Positions 37,631 through 46,750 of a stretch of DNA of 64,000 bases are shown piece after piece. Under the pieces are notes generated by a model, which saw only the letters and a program-made list of their open reading frames with translations, had not been told where the DNA came from and did not search any database. A program made the translations under genes and the position numbers. Where the stretch lies: IMG/VR virus record IMGVR_UViG_3300023184_000109, positions 1,826 through 65,825 of that record; one strand, 5' to 3'. The first letter of the stretch is position 1. Every line of letters starts with the position of its first letter. This stretch comes from a virus. Lineage: Duplodnaviria > Caudoviricetes.

Positions 37631-38434
37631 ATGAAAAAACTTTTATTTGTGCTGTTGCTCACAGCCTTACAATCAGCACACGCTTGGGACCAAACCGCCC
37701 CTCTAGCAGTTGACCACTGTCGAGCACACAATCCTTATGGTTGGGCCAAGACTGCAAAGTCTGTTACAGCCATCTGTCGTAGAGCATACTTTGTGGCCTA
37801 TGATGCAGCCGCAAAGATTCCCAACTATGTGTCATACACGTTGACTCCGCCCAATGCCTTGGGATGCTGGCCAAGAACCAATGCGTTTGTTGCCGACGCA
37901 AGTGTGCCCAATGGTGCTCGTCCAGATGACTATGCTGGCACAGGCTACGACAAAGGACATGCTGCTCCAGATGGTGACTTATCATGGGACCAACAGGTAG
38001 AATACGAAAGTTTCTTAATGACCAACATGTATCCACAACTGGGTGGACTTAATCGTGGCATTTGGAAACTGCTGGAAACTTCAGTGCGTGGTTGGACGGT
38101 GCAACTCAACAACAGTTTTACAATCTATGTGGGTGGCGTATATGACAACACTGACAAAACAATTGGCAACGGTGTTGTGGTGCCACACGGATTCTACAAG
38201 ATTGTAATCAACAACCAAACAGGTGCCATGGCTGGTTGGTATTTCAAGCACGAAGGCGGTCAGGGCAATGACTTGACCCGGGCCCGTGCTGCTATTTCAG
38301 CCATAGAAAACAAAGCAGGTGTGAAGTTTGCTTTCCCAGCTAACGCTCAAGAGCTCACGCCTGGGCAAGAATGGCCTGTGGACTTTGGCGCACTTACAAA
38401 TGCCAAACGCCAAAAATGCAAGAGCGCCGACTAA
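37631..38434 (+). CDS. DNA/RNA non-specific endonuclease (NucA/EndoG family) with signal peptide
   Basis: GYDKGHAAP, FLMTNMYPQ, LNRGIWKLLE and VPHGFYKI motifs; N-terminal MKKLLFVLLLTALQSAHA. Confidence 0.9.
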   Translation: MKKLLFVLLLTALQSAHAWDQTAPLAVDHCRAHNPYGWAKTAKSVTAICRRAYFVAYDAAAKIPNYVSYTLTPPNALGCWPRTNAFVADASVPNGARPDDYAGTGYDKGHAAPDGDLSWDQQVEYESFLMTNMYPQLGGLNRGIWKLLETSVRGWTVQLNNSFTIYVGGVYDNTDKTIGNGVVVPHGFYKIVINNQTGAMAGWYFKHEGGQGNDLTRARAAISAIENKAGVKFAFPANAQELTPGQEWPVDFGALTNAKRQKCKSAD

Positions 38435-38449
38435 CACCGTAAATACGGC

Positions 38450-39592
38450 ATGAGCAACTTCTATTGTGCAGCCCCCTGGCGTGGGCTGCACATCAATCCC
38501 CGTGGTGATGTCAAAACATGCTGTGCTGGCAACCCCAACATGTTGGGCAACCTCAACAGTCAAAGTATAGAACAAATACTCAACAGCCGACTAATGGCCG
38601 AAATACGCACTGACTTGGCACATGGACAAGCACATAGCTACTGCTCTAACTGTGTACAGGCTGAAAGATTTGGTGCAGACAGTGAACGGCAGTGGCACAA
38701 CAATGTCAACCCTGATTTTGATTATGTCACTGCTGGTGACCAATACCACTATCCGGTTATTGTAGATGTTCGTTGGAACACCACATGCAATTTCAGTTGC
38801 AACTATTGCGATCCCAGTGCCAGTAGTAAATGGGCACAGTTAAAACAAGTACCATTCAAGTCAGGCTCAAGACCCTACTATGAACAAGTATGTGATTTTA
38901 TTGAACAACATTACGAACACATACATGAAGTGGCCTTGGTGGGTGGTGAGCCGTTGTTGCTGCCAGAAAACGAACGACTGCTGGATGTTATACCAGACAC
39001 GGCTATTGTTACGCTGATCACAAACTTGAATGTTGACTTGCAGAGCAATAAGATATTTCGCAAACTTGCACAACGTAAACGGGTGGGATGGAGCATGAGC
39101 TTTGATAACATAGATCAACGTTTTGAATATGTGCGCTATGGCGGATCTTGGACAATGTTACAAGAGAATTTAAAGACCATACAAGGTCTAATGCAGTCAC
39201 AAGGACAATGGGGAGGTGTGCATGCGGTGTACAGCATTTACAATGCCACCAGACTGTGTGAGTTCAGACAGTTTGTTGAATCAGCTGGTGCCACAGTGCT
39301 ATGGCAAAATTTGTTTCAGCCCAAGTACCTTGATCCATTTTTGCATGCGCCTGCTGTGGCTCAATTGGCTGCTGCAGAAATTAGACATTTCTACACACTA
39401 GGTATTGCTACAGACGCAGAACGCCAGTTTTTTGATCAGGCTTTGAGTAAATACAATTCTATTGAGACTGCTCAACCAGACATTGTTGAACAATTCAAAA
39501 AACACATACGTAACATTGAAACACAGTATCATCCCAGCACCGCCGGGCAGTTTCAACAACTATGGCCTGAACTGGCAGAAAGTATAAAATGA
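38450..39592 (+). CDS. Radical SAM protein with N-terminal SPASM/twitch-like Cys cluster
   Basis: CNFSCNYC and GGEPLL; N-terminal CAAPW...KTCC...CSNC. Confidence 0.85.
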   Translation: MSNFYCAAPWRGLHINPRGDVKTCCAGNPNMLGNLNSQSIEQILNSRLMAEIRTDLAHGQAHSYCSNCVQAERFGADSERQWHNNVNPDFDYVTAGDQYHYPVIVDVRWNTTCNFSCNYCDPSASSKWAQLKQVPFKSGSRPYYEQVCDFIEQHYEHIHEVALVGGEPLLLPENERLLDVIPDTAIVTLITNLNVDLQSNKIFRKLAQRKRVGWSMSFDNIDQRFEYVRYGGSWTMLQENLKTIQGLMQSQGQWGGVHAVYSIYNATRLCEFRQFVESAGATVLWQNLFQPKYLDPFLHAPAVAQLAAAEIRHFYTLGIATDAERQFFDQALSKYNSIETAQPDIVEQFKKHIRNIETQYHPSTAGQFQQLWPELAESIK

Positions 39593-41178
39593 TTGCACCC
39601 CCGCCAACTAAGAATTTAGAAACGGTGCTAGTAAAAGCACCACACCGCAAAGAAGTATACACTGAACAAGAACTAATTGAATTTGCAAGATGTGCAGATC
39701 CAGTGACTGGACCACTGTACTTCATGGATAATTTTTTCTACATCCAGCACCCCACACGCGGCAAGATGTTGTATCATCCGTTTGACTACCAAAAGCGATT
39801 GATTGCCACGTATCACGAGTATAGATATTCAATATCGCTAATGCCTCGACAAACAGGCAAGTCGACCAGTGCCGCAGGTTATTTGTTGTGGTATGCCATG
39901 TTTGTTCCTGACAGTACCATTCTAGTGGCCGCACACAAATACACAGGTGCACAGGAGATCATGCAACGTATTAGATACGCATACGAACTGTGCCCTAATC
40001 ATATCAGAGCAGGTGCCACCAGCTACAACAAAAACAGTTTGGAATTTGAAAATGGATCACGTATTGTTGCACAGACCACAACTGAAACCACTGGACGGGG
40101 TATGAGTATTTCACTCCTGTACGCCGACGAATTTGCGTTTGTGCGACCCACCATTGCTCGAGAGTTTTGGACTAGTATCTCGCCCACCCTGGCCACGGGT
40201 GGTAAGGCCATTATCACAAGTACTCCCAACTCAGACGAAGATCAATTTGCGTACCTATGGAAAGGTGCCAACAAGACTCAAGACGAACATGGTAATACCA
40301 CTGAATTAGGCATAAATGGATTCCGCGCATTTAGAAGCAACTGGCGTGAACATCCAGACCGTGATGAAAAGTGGGGACTAGAGCAACTAGCACAACTGGG
40401 CGAAGATCGATTCCGACGTGAAATGGAATGCGAGTTTGTTATCAATGATGAAACACTAATTGCGCCTACCAAACTGCTGGACCTTGAAGGTGTAGAACCC
40501 AATCGCCGTACAGGACAGGTACGCTGGTACAAAACTCCTGTCAAAGATAAGATATATATTGTGGCATTAGACCCTAGCCTGGGCACTGGAGGCGATCCTA
40601 GTGCTATACAAGTGTTTGAAGCAGACACTACAGAGCAAGTGGCTGAGTGGCGTCACAACAAATCAGACATTCCCACACAGGTCAAACTATTGGCTGACAT
40701 TGTCAATGAGTTGTATGAAATTACCAAAGATGATAAAAAGATTTATTACAGTGTAGAAAACAACACCATTGGTGAAGCAGCCTTGATATCCATAAACGAG
40801 TATGGTGAAGAAAACATCCGGGGCTACTTCCTTAGCGATAACTCAGTGACAGGTACCACAGGACGTAGATTCCGCAAAGGATTTAACACCACAAACAAAG
40901 CCAAACTCACAGCTTGCAACAAGTTCAAAATTCTTGTGGAATCTGGGCGCATGAAGCTGTACAGCAGGCCACTAATTTCTGAACTCAAAACTTTTGTTGC
41001 ACACGGGGGCAGCTATGCTGCCAAGCCCGGAGAAACTGATGACCTTGTCATGGGATCACTGTTGGCGGTGCGCATGCTCATGATGTTGCAGACTTATCAT
41101 GCAGAATTAGACACACAAATGAAAGATCACGGCGATAACATCATTGAACCAATGCCGTTCATATCAATGCTGCGCTAA
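39589..41178 (+). CDS. gp17: Terminase large subunit
   Basis: Walker A PRQTGKS, Walker B LLYADEFAF, ITSTPN, and nuclease motifs ALDPS and DDLVM. Confidence 0.95.
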   Translation: MIAPPPTKNLETVLVKAPHRKEVYTEQELIEFARCADPVTGPLYFMDNFFYIQHPTRGKMLYHPFDYQKRLIATYHEYRYSISLMPRQTGKSTSAAGYLLWYAMFVPDSTILVAAHKYTGAQEIMQRIRYAYELCPNHIRAGATSYNKNSLEFENGSRIVAQTTTETTGRGMSISLLYADEFAFVRPTIAREFWTSISPTLATGGKAIITSTPNSDEDQFAYLWKGANKTQDEHGNTTELGINGFRAFRSNWREHPDRDEKWGLEQLAQLGEDRFRREMECEFVINDETLIAPTKLLDLEGVEPNRRTGQVRWYKTPVKDKIYIVALDPSLGTGGDPSAIQVFEADTTEQVAEWRHNKSDIPTQVKLLADIVNELYEITKDDKKIYYSVENNTIGEAALISINEYGEENIRGYFLSDNSVTGTTGRRFRKGFNTTNKAKLTACNKFKILVESGRMKLYSRPLISELKTFVAHGGSYAAKPGETDDLVMGSLLAVRMLMMLQTYHAELDTQMKDHGDNIIEPMPFISMLR

Positions 41179-41188
41179 ATACACGACT

Positions 41189-43972
41189 ATGACAATGGAA
41201 GCATTACCTCAAGATCTAGCAGATTTCTTGGTCACACGCAATTTTGACCCAGAATACTTTGACGACCAAGGCCAACCCACAGAAGCTGGTGACGCCAAGA
41301 CCATGAAATTTGATTATGTTGCCAGCTCTGGCAAAAGTTACGGCACAGCAGTTGTAGTAATTGCTGATGACGAACTCAGTTTGTTTTATGGCGACAACCT
41401 GGGCAGGGGCATGGAACCTGAAGACAAAGAAGATTGGTTCAGTTTCCTAGAACAACTCAGCAACACTGCTGCCAGCCATGGAGCAACTTGGAGTCCACGC
41501 GACATCAATCAACTCAAGCACACACTGGCCGGCATTGCTGCCATCAAAGAAGGCTTGTTTGAAGGCTACTATGGCACTAGAAAAATCAGTTACATGGGTG
41601 AGCAAACTCAAGCACGACTAGTGATCAAACACAATCGTGTGCTGGGCGAAGATGACAAACGTTATCGCTATGTGGAAAGTTTGTTTATTGAAACAGCCGA
41701 GCAAGAACGTTTTAGACTGCCGTTTAAAAGTTTGAGTGCTGGACGAGCCATGCTGGAACATGTGCGTTCAGGTGGCAACCCGTATGATGTGCGTGGCAAT
41801 CACATTACAGAAATTGTCGGAGAAATGGCTGTGTTGAGTCGTTTCAATCGTGCTCAACATCATCGTGTGTTCGAAGGAGTAACACAACAGCTGGTGGAAA
41901 GCGCACGGCAATACTATCACAACCTACAAGAAACCGTCCGGCAGCTTGGCAGCCCACGTGGCTATCAAGCATACTTTGAAAGCTGGGCTCCTGACCAAAC
42001 CGGTCAAGCCGAAGCCCTAGTAGAAAATCTACGCGACCTGTTTGTGGAACAGACCCTGGACGCTAGAATTGAAGCTGCCTTGCCCACATTGGCCAAGATA
42101 CAACAACAAGGAAACAACATGAAAGAAGCTGAAATATTTGAAAACTGGATCAACAATCTCAGTGAAGGCACCTGGGCCCTGCCAGACACACCCGAAACAC
42201 AGGAAAAACTCAACCAGCTGATGAGTGCTGAACTCATAGTTGGCCCTGATGCCACCAATGCCACTGAGTTGTTGTATGACCTAGTGGGTGATGACGAGTT
42301 GTTTGACATCCTAAACGACTTGGCTGACAAGAGTCAAGGCCGTGCCAACATTTGGGACGACTCAGATGTGCAACGCAGACTGGCTGAACTGGGTGTGCAA
42401 ACTCCTCAAAGCACTGCGGCAGAACCTGCTGATGTTGCCCAAGACACAGCACCGCCAATGGCAGAAGACTCGTTGAATGAATTTAGAGCAGATGATTTCG
42501 ACAAAGATGATGATGATGATGACGAGGATGAATTCCCGGAGATGTTTGAAGCGCCATTTACTGCTGTTATTAACGGTAAAAAACAAAATGGCACAGTGAT
42601 AATTTATCCTGGAGAAGTTACCTCGGCAGAATGGCATCTCAAGGACACAATCTATATCAAAACTGGTATGGACAATGTACACGACACAAGTGACTTTATT
42701 ACACATGCGGCAGAATACATTCAAGAAATCATCAAATTGGATGGCCGAGGGCATAATTATGTAAAACATCTGAAAAAGCGTCGAGGTGTGGGGGAAGGCT
42801 CTGGTGACTCACAAATCACACCTGGCATGAAAACTCAATACGGAACTGTGATGTCTGTAGAGGGAAACACTGTCACAGTCAGAGCATCAAACGGTGAATT
42901 GACCACTGTGAACATTCATGATATAGACCAAGGCATGGCAGAAGGCGACAACATGAGTACATTTGTGGAAGATCGTGAATTGGCTGAGATGCTGAAATAT
43001 GCTGGCGTGCCCATCAAAGAAAATGTACTGACAGACTCAACTGGCAGCACACTAGACCACATCTTAGACACATACAAGCGTGATGTCAAGGACTTCACCC
43101 AGTCTGGAGAAATGAGTCGTCATTTGGAGCAAGTATTGTATGATTACTACTATGACGATATGCCATATGGCGCAAAAACTGGCGAAGACATAGATACATC
43201 TGAATGGATCGGCGATCGTTTTGCTCAAGACATTGGTCTTGACGAAGGTTGGAAAGGTGCGTTAACTGGCGCGGCCCTGGGCGGCGCATTAGGTAGCATT
43301 GTGCCCGGACTTGGAACTATTCAAGGTGCCATCGCTGGCGGCTATGCTGGACATAGACTTGGCGATGAAGGACTGGCAGACCCAGATAAAGAATACAATG
43401 CACGCCAGAAACTGCAAACCCAACAGCCCAAACCAGTCAGCGAATGTAACTACACCATGGAAGGTGAGTACTGCCCAGAACACGGTTTGGCTGAATGTGG
43501 TATGGCCGATGGTGGTGCAGTGGGCATGCCTTACAGCATGGGCGAAGAATTAAATGAAATTGGCGACACCCCAGCCGGTCGAGCAGCTTTACAAAGCTAT
43601 CAAGATAAAGCTGGCAATCAAGTAGATAACCATTGGAAACAAGTTCATAATAAGAGTCATTTACCAACAGACCCAAAGATGGCAAAGCGTAATGCAGGTA
43701 CCGTTGCGGCAGGCAATAGAATACACGGTTTCGGTATTGCCAAAAATCAACAAGATAAAGTCACGGGTCGTTTTAATTACCGTGATGCCGTTGGTAAAAC
43801 TCATGTATATCAAAAAAACGATCCATTAGAACAAGGTGTGGCGGAAGGCAACGATGATCCAATCAACTCAAACTCGGCAATGACCGGAAGTTACTATGAA
43901 GGCAAAGAAACCAAGACCCAAGAAGGCGATGCACTTCTGGCAAGAATAAAATCACTGGCTTTGCTCAGATGA
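41189..43972 (+). CDS. Large acidic mosaic protein, putative head/core polyprotein
   Basis: Globular-looking N-terminal part followed by modules ending in (Q/R)G(V/M)(A/G)EG; TAAATA at 41176. Confidence 0.6.
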   Translation: MTMEALPQDLADFLVTRNFDPEYFDDQGQPTEAGDAKTMKFDYVASSGKSYGTAVVVIADDELSLFYGDNLGRGMEPEDKEDWFSFLEQLSNTAASHGATWSPRDINQLKHTLAGIAAIKEGLFEGYYGTRKISYMGEQTQARLVIKHNRVLGEDDKRYRYVESLFIETAEQERFRLPFKSLSAGRAMLEHVRSGGNPYDVRGNHITEIVGEMAVLSRFNRAQHHRVFEGVTQQLVESARQYYHNLQETVRQLGSPRGYQAYFESWAPDQTGQAEALVENLRDLFVEQTLDARIEAALPTLAKIQQQGNNMKEAEIFENWINNLSEGTWALPDTPETQEKLNQLMSAELIVGPDATNATELLYDLVGDDELFDILNDLADKSQGRANIWDDSDVQRRLAELGVQTPQSTAAEPADVAQDTAPPMAEDSLNEFRADDFDKDDDDDDEDEFPEMFEAPFTAVINGKKQNGTVIIYPGEVTSAEWHLKDTIYIKTGMDNVHDTSDFITHAAEYIQEIIKLDGRGHNYVKHLKKRRGVGEGSGDSQITPGMKTQYGTVMSVEGNTVTVRASNGELTTVNIHDIDQGMAEGDNMSTFVEDRELAEMLKYAGVPIKENVLTDSTGSTLDHILDTYKRDVKDFTQSGEMSRHLEQVLYDYYYDDMPYGAKTGEDIDTSEWIGDRFAQDIGLDEGWKGALTGAALGGALGSIVPGLGTIQGAIAGGYAGHRLGDEGLADPDKEYNARQKLQTQQPKPVSECNYTMEGEYCPEHGLAECGMADGGAVGMPYSMGEELNEIGDTPAGRAALQSYQDKAGNQVDNHWKQVHNKSHLPTDPKMAKRNAGTVAAGNRIHGFGIAKNQQDKVTGRFNYRDAVGKTHVYQKNDPLEQGVAEGNDDPINSNSAMTGSYYEGKETKTQEGDALLARIKSLALLR

Positions 43973-43983
43973 CATAAATACAC

Positions 43984-44038
43984 TTGACATGTAGACAAAA
44001 AGCGCATATACTACTACAGTGTTTGCGCTTTTTTGTTT
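43984..44038 (+). promoter_or_regulatory. sigma70 promoter for gp32 overlapping a terminator-like hairpin
   Basis: TTGACA (43984)-17 nt-TATACT (44007); inverted repeat ACAAAAAGCGCA/TGCGCTTTTTTGT; TAAATA at 43975. Confidence 0.7.
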
Positions 44039-44113
44039 GTGAGTCACAGGCAACAGAGATCTAAACATTTAGATAGGCAACATAACATAGGCAACTTATC
44101 AAGGAGAAAAACT

Positions 44114-45109
44114 ATGGCATCATTAGCAGAAATCAGAGCACGACTACAGGCAGCAGAAGGCAACAAAGGCGGAAGCCAAACAGGTGGAGACAATTCAATT
44201 TATCCACACTGGAACATGGAAGAAGGGCAAAGTGCAACACTGCGATTCCTTCCCGACGCAAATACCAAAAACACATTCTTCTGGCAAGAGCGAGCAATGA
44301 TTCGTTTGCCATTCGCTGGTATCCGAGGCGAGATGGATAGCAAACAAGTGTACGTACAAGTACCTTGTATGGAGATTTGGGGCGAAGCCTGTCCCATCTT
44401 GGCAGAAGTACGCACCTGGTTCAAGGACAAGAGCCTTGAAGAAATGGGTCGCAAATACTGGAAGAAACGTTCATACATCTTCCAAGGCTTTGTGCGTGAG
44501 AATCCCATGAACGAAGACAAAACACCCGAAAATCCCATCCGACGTTTCATCATCGGTCCACAGATTTTCACCATCATCAAAGGCGCATTGATGGATCCTG
44601 AACTGGAAGAATTGCCCACAGACATTCTGCGTGGCTTGGACTTCCGTGTCACTAAAACTGCCAAAGGTGGTTTTGCTGACTACAACACTTCAAAGTGGGC
44701 ACGTAAAGAATCGGCACTGACCGAAGCTGAACAAGCCGCAATTGAAGCACATGGTTTGTATGACTTGAGCACATTCCTGCCCAAGAAGCCAGGCGATGTG
44801 GAGCTCAAGGTTATCAAAGAAATGTTTGAAGCAAGCGTGGATGGACAACCTTACGACACAGAACGTTGGGGTCAGTACTTCCGTCCTGCAGGTGTACAAG
44901 CACCTGGTGGCGCTGCTCATGTGGATGAGGACACACCTGCACCAGCAGCCAAGCCTGCACTCAAAGTGGCAGCGCCTACTCCGGCAGCAGACAACGGCTT
45001 TGACGAAGATGACACTCCTACAGCAGCCGCGCCAGTGGCCCGGCCTGCAGAAGGCAGCAAAAATGCCCAGGACATCCTGGCCATGATTCGTAGCCGTCAA
45101 GCCAAGTAA
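44114..45109 (+). CDS. gp32: Single-stranded DNA-binding protein (T4 gp32-like)
   Basis: LRFLPD, PC...CPIL, YWKKRSY, GLDFRV and ADYNTSKW motifs with an acidic Ala/Pro tail; upstream of uvsX. Confidence 0.85.
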   Translation: MASLAEIRARLQAAEGNKGGSQTGGDNSIYPHWNMEEGQSATLRFLPDANTKNTFFWQERAMIRLPFAGIRGEMDSKQVYVQVPCMEIWGEACPILAEVRTWFKDKSLEEMGRKYWKKRSYIFQGFVRENPMNEDKTPENPIRRFIIGPQIFTIIKGALMDPELEELPTDILRGLDFRVTKTAKGGFADYNTSKWARKESALTEAEQAAIEAHGLYDLSTFLPKKPGDVELKVIKEMFEASVDGQPYDTERWGQYFRPAGVQAPGGAAHVDEDTPAPAAKPALKVAAPTPAADNGFDEDDTPTAAAPVARPAEGSKNAQDILAMIRSRQAK

Positions 45110-45119
45110 TTGACAGTAC

Positions 45120-45150
45120 CACACAGAGGGGCTCTCCCTCTGTGTTCTTT
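45120..45150 (+). terminator. Intrinsic terminator-like hairpin
   Basis: ACACAGAGGG/CCCTCTGTGT followed by TCTTT. Confidence 0.6.
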
Positions 45151-45168
45151 AAAAATAATAGGTGATTC

Positions 45169-46224
45169 ATGGGAAAACCATTTGACGTAAGCAAGTTCCG
45201 CAAGGACATTACCAAAAGCATCGAAGGCCTCAGCATTGGATTTAATGATCCAACAGATTGGATTAGCACAGGCAACTTTGCCTTGAACTATCTCATCTCA
45301 GGAGATTTCAATCGAGGCATTCCACTGGGCAAGATCACAGTGTTTGCCGGTGAATCTGGTGCAGGCAAGAGTTATATCTGTTCAGGCAACATTGTGAAGA
45401 ATGCACAAGATCAAGGTATTTTTGTTATCTTGGTTGATACAGAAAATGCATTGGATGAGACATGGCTACATGCACTGGGTGTAGACACTGGTGCAGATAA
45501 GTTGCTCAAGCTGAACATGAGCATGATTGATGACGTGGCCAAGGCAATTTCGACATTCATGATTGACTACAAAGCGTTGCCAGACGGCGAGCGCATGAAG
45601 GTGCTATGGGTGATTGACTCATTGGGCATGTTGTTGACACCAACTGATGTAAATCAATTTGAAGCAGGAGACATGAAAGGTGACATGGGTCGCAAGCCCA
45701 AGGCACTCACATCATTGGTGCGTAACTCAGTCAACATGTTTGGTGGTTACAATGTTGGAATGGTCTGTACAAATCATACATACGCAAGTCAAGACATGTT
45801 TGACCCAGATGACAAGATCTCAGGTGGCCAAGGTTTTATCTATGCGTCAAGTATTGTTGTGGCCATGAAGAAAATGAAACTGAAAGAGGACGAGGATGGC
45901 AACAAGATCTCCGAAGTCATGGGCATACGTGCTGGTTGTAAAGTAATGAAAACTCGTTATGCAAAACCATTCGAAGGCATGCAGGTCAAAATTCCCTACG
46001 AAACAGGTATGAATCCCTACAGTGGCCTGACTGATCTTGCAGAGAAAAAAGGCATGCTCAAGAAAGAAGGCAATCGTCTGGTGTTTGTCACCAGCGAAGG
46101 TGAAATAATTAAACAATTCCGCAAGGCCTGGGAAGCAAACGAAGACGGGTGCTTGGACAAAGTCATGACAGATTTTAAGAATATCAAAACAGAGATAAGT
46201 ATCGCTGACCCTACAGAAGAGTAA
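45169..46224 (+). CDS. uvsX: RecA-like recombinase UvsX
   Basis: GESGAGKS, VDTENA, VIDSLG, TNHTY, SGGQG and KTRYAKPF motifs. Confidence 0.93.
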   Translation: MGKPFDVSKFRKDITKSIEGLSIGFNDPTDWISTGNFALNYLISGDFNRGIPLGKITVFAGESGAGKSYICSGNIVKNAQDQGIFVILVDTENALDETWLHALGVDTGADKLLKLNMSMIDDVAKAISTFMIDYKALPDGERMKVLWVIDSLGMLLTPTDVNQFEAGDMKGDMGRKPKALTSLVRNSVNMFGGYNVGMVCTNHTYASQDMFDPDDKISGGQGFIYASSIVVAMKKMKLKEDEDGNKISEVMGIRAGCKVMKTRYAKPFEGMQVKIPYETGMNPYSGLTDLAEKKGMLKKEGNRLVFVTSEGEIIKQFRKAWEANEDGCLDKVMTDFKNIKTEISIADPTEE

Positions 46225-46237
46225 CATGTAGTAACAC

Positions 46238-46750
46238 ATGAATCATTTACGATTTGAATTTTCAGCAACTTATTGTAATGCATGGCCCAAGTTAAGATTT
46301 TATATTGATGGGGATTTGTATCATGATTACCATTTTGAAAAAGAAGTAGGAATAGTCACGTTGCCTGTTGATCTATTAGATGGTTCTCATCAGATAGAAA
46401 TTGAACTATATGATAAAACGGACCATGACACTATAGTGGAAAATGATAAAATCATAAAAGATCAAACAGTAACTCTTAATACCATGTACCTGGATGACGT
46501 ATTGTTGCCTGAATTATTTTTGTACCGCGGTAGGTACGAGCATTCTCCAAATAATATTGCGTTGACCTGGGGAATTCCGGGGAAATGGAGTTTTAATTTT
46601 GATACACCCATTGTGACCTGGGCACTACAAATTAAACATATGAATCAAGTTGATGCAGACACCACCATGGTGTCTACGTTCTCATTTCAAAAAAATAAAA
46701 AATTATTAAATCTGTTGGATTTGTTGGAGCAAGAATTACTAGATGTCTAA
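46238..46750 (+). CDS. Hypothetical protein in an AT-rich insert
   Basis: 170 aa ORF overlapping the B12 radical SAM gene. Confidence 0.6.
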   Translation: MNHLRFEFSATYCNAWPKLRFYIDGDLYHDYHFEKEVGIVTLPVDLLDGSHQIEIELYDKTDHDTIVENDKIIKDQTVTLNTMYLDDVLLPELFLYRGRYEHSPNNIALTWGIPGKWSFNFDTPIVTWALQIKHMNQVDADTTMVSTFSFQKNKKLLNLLDLLEQELLDV

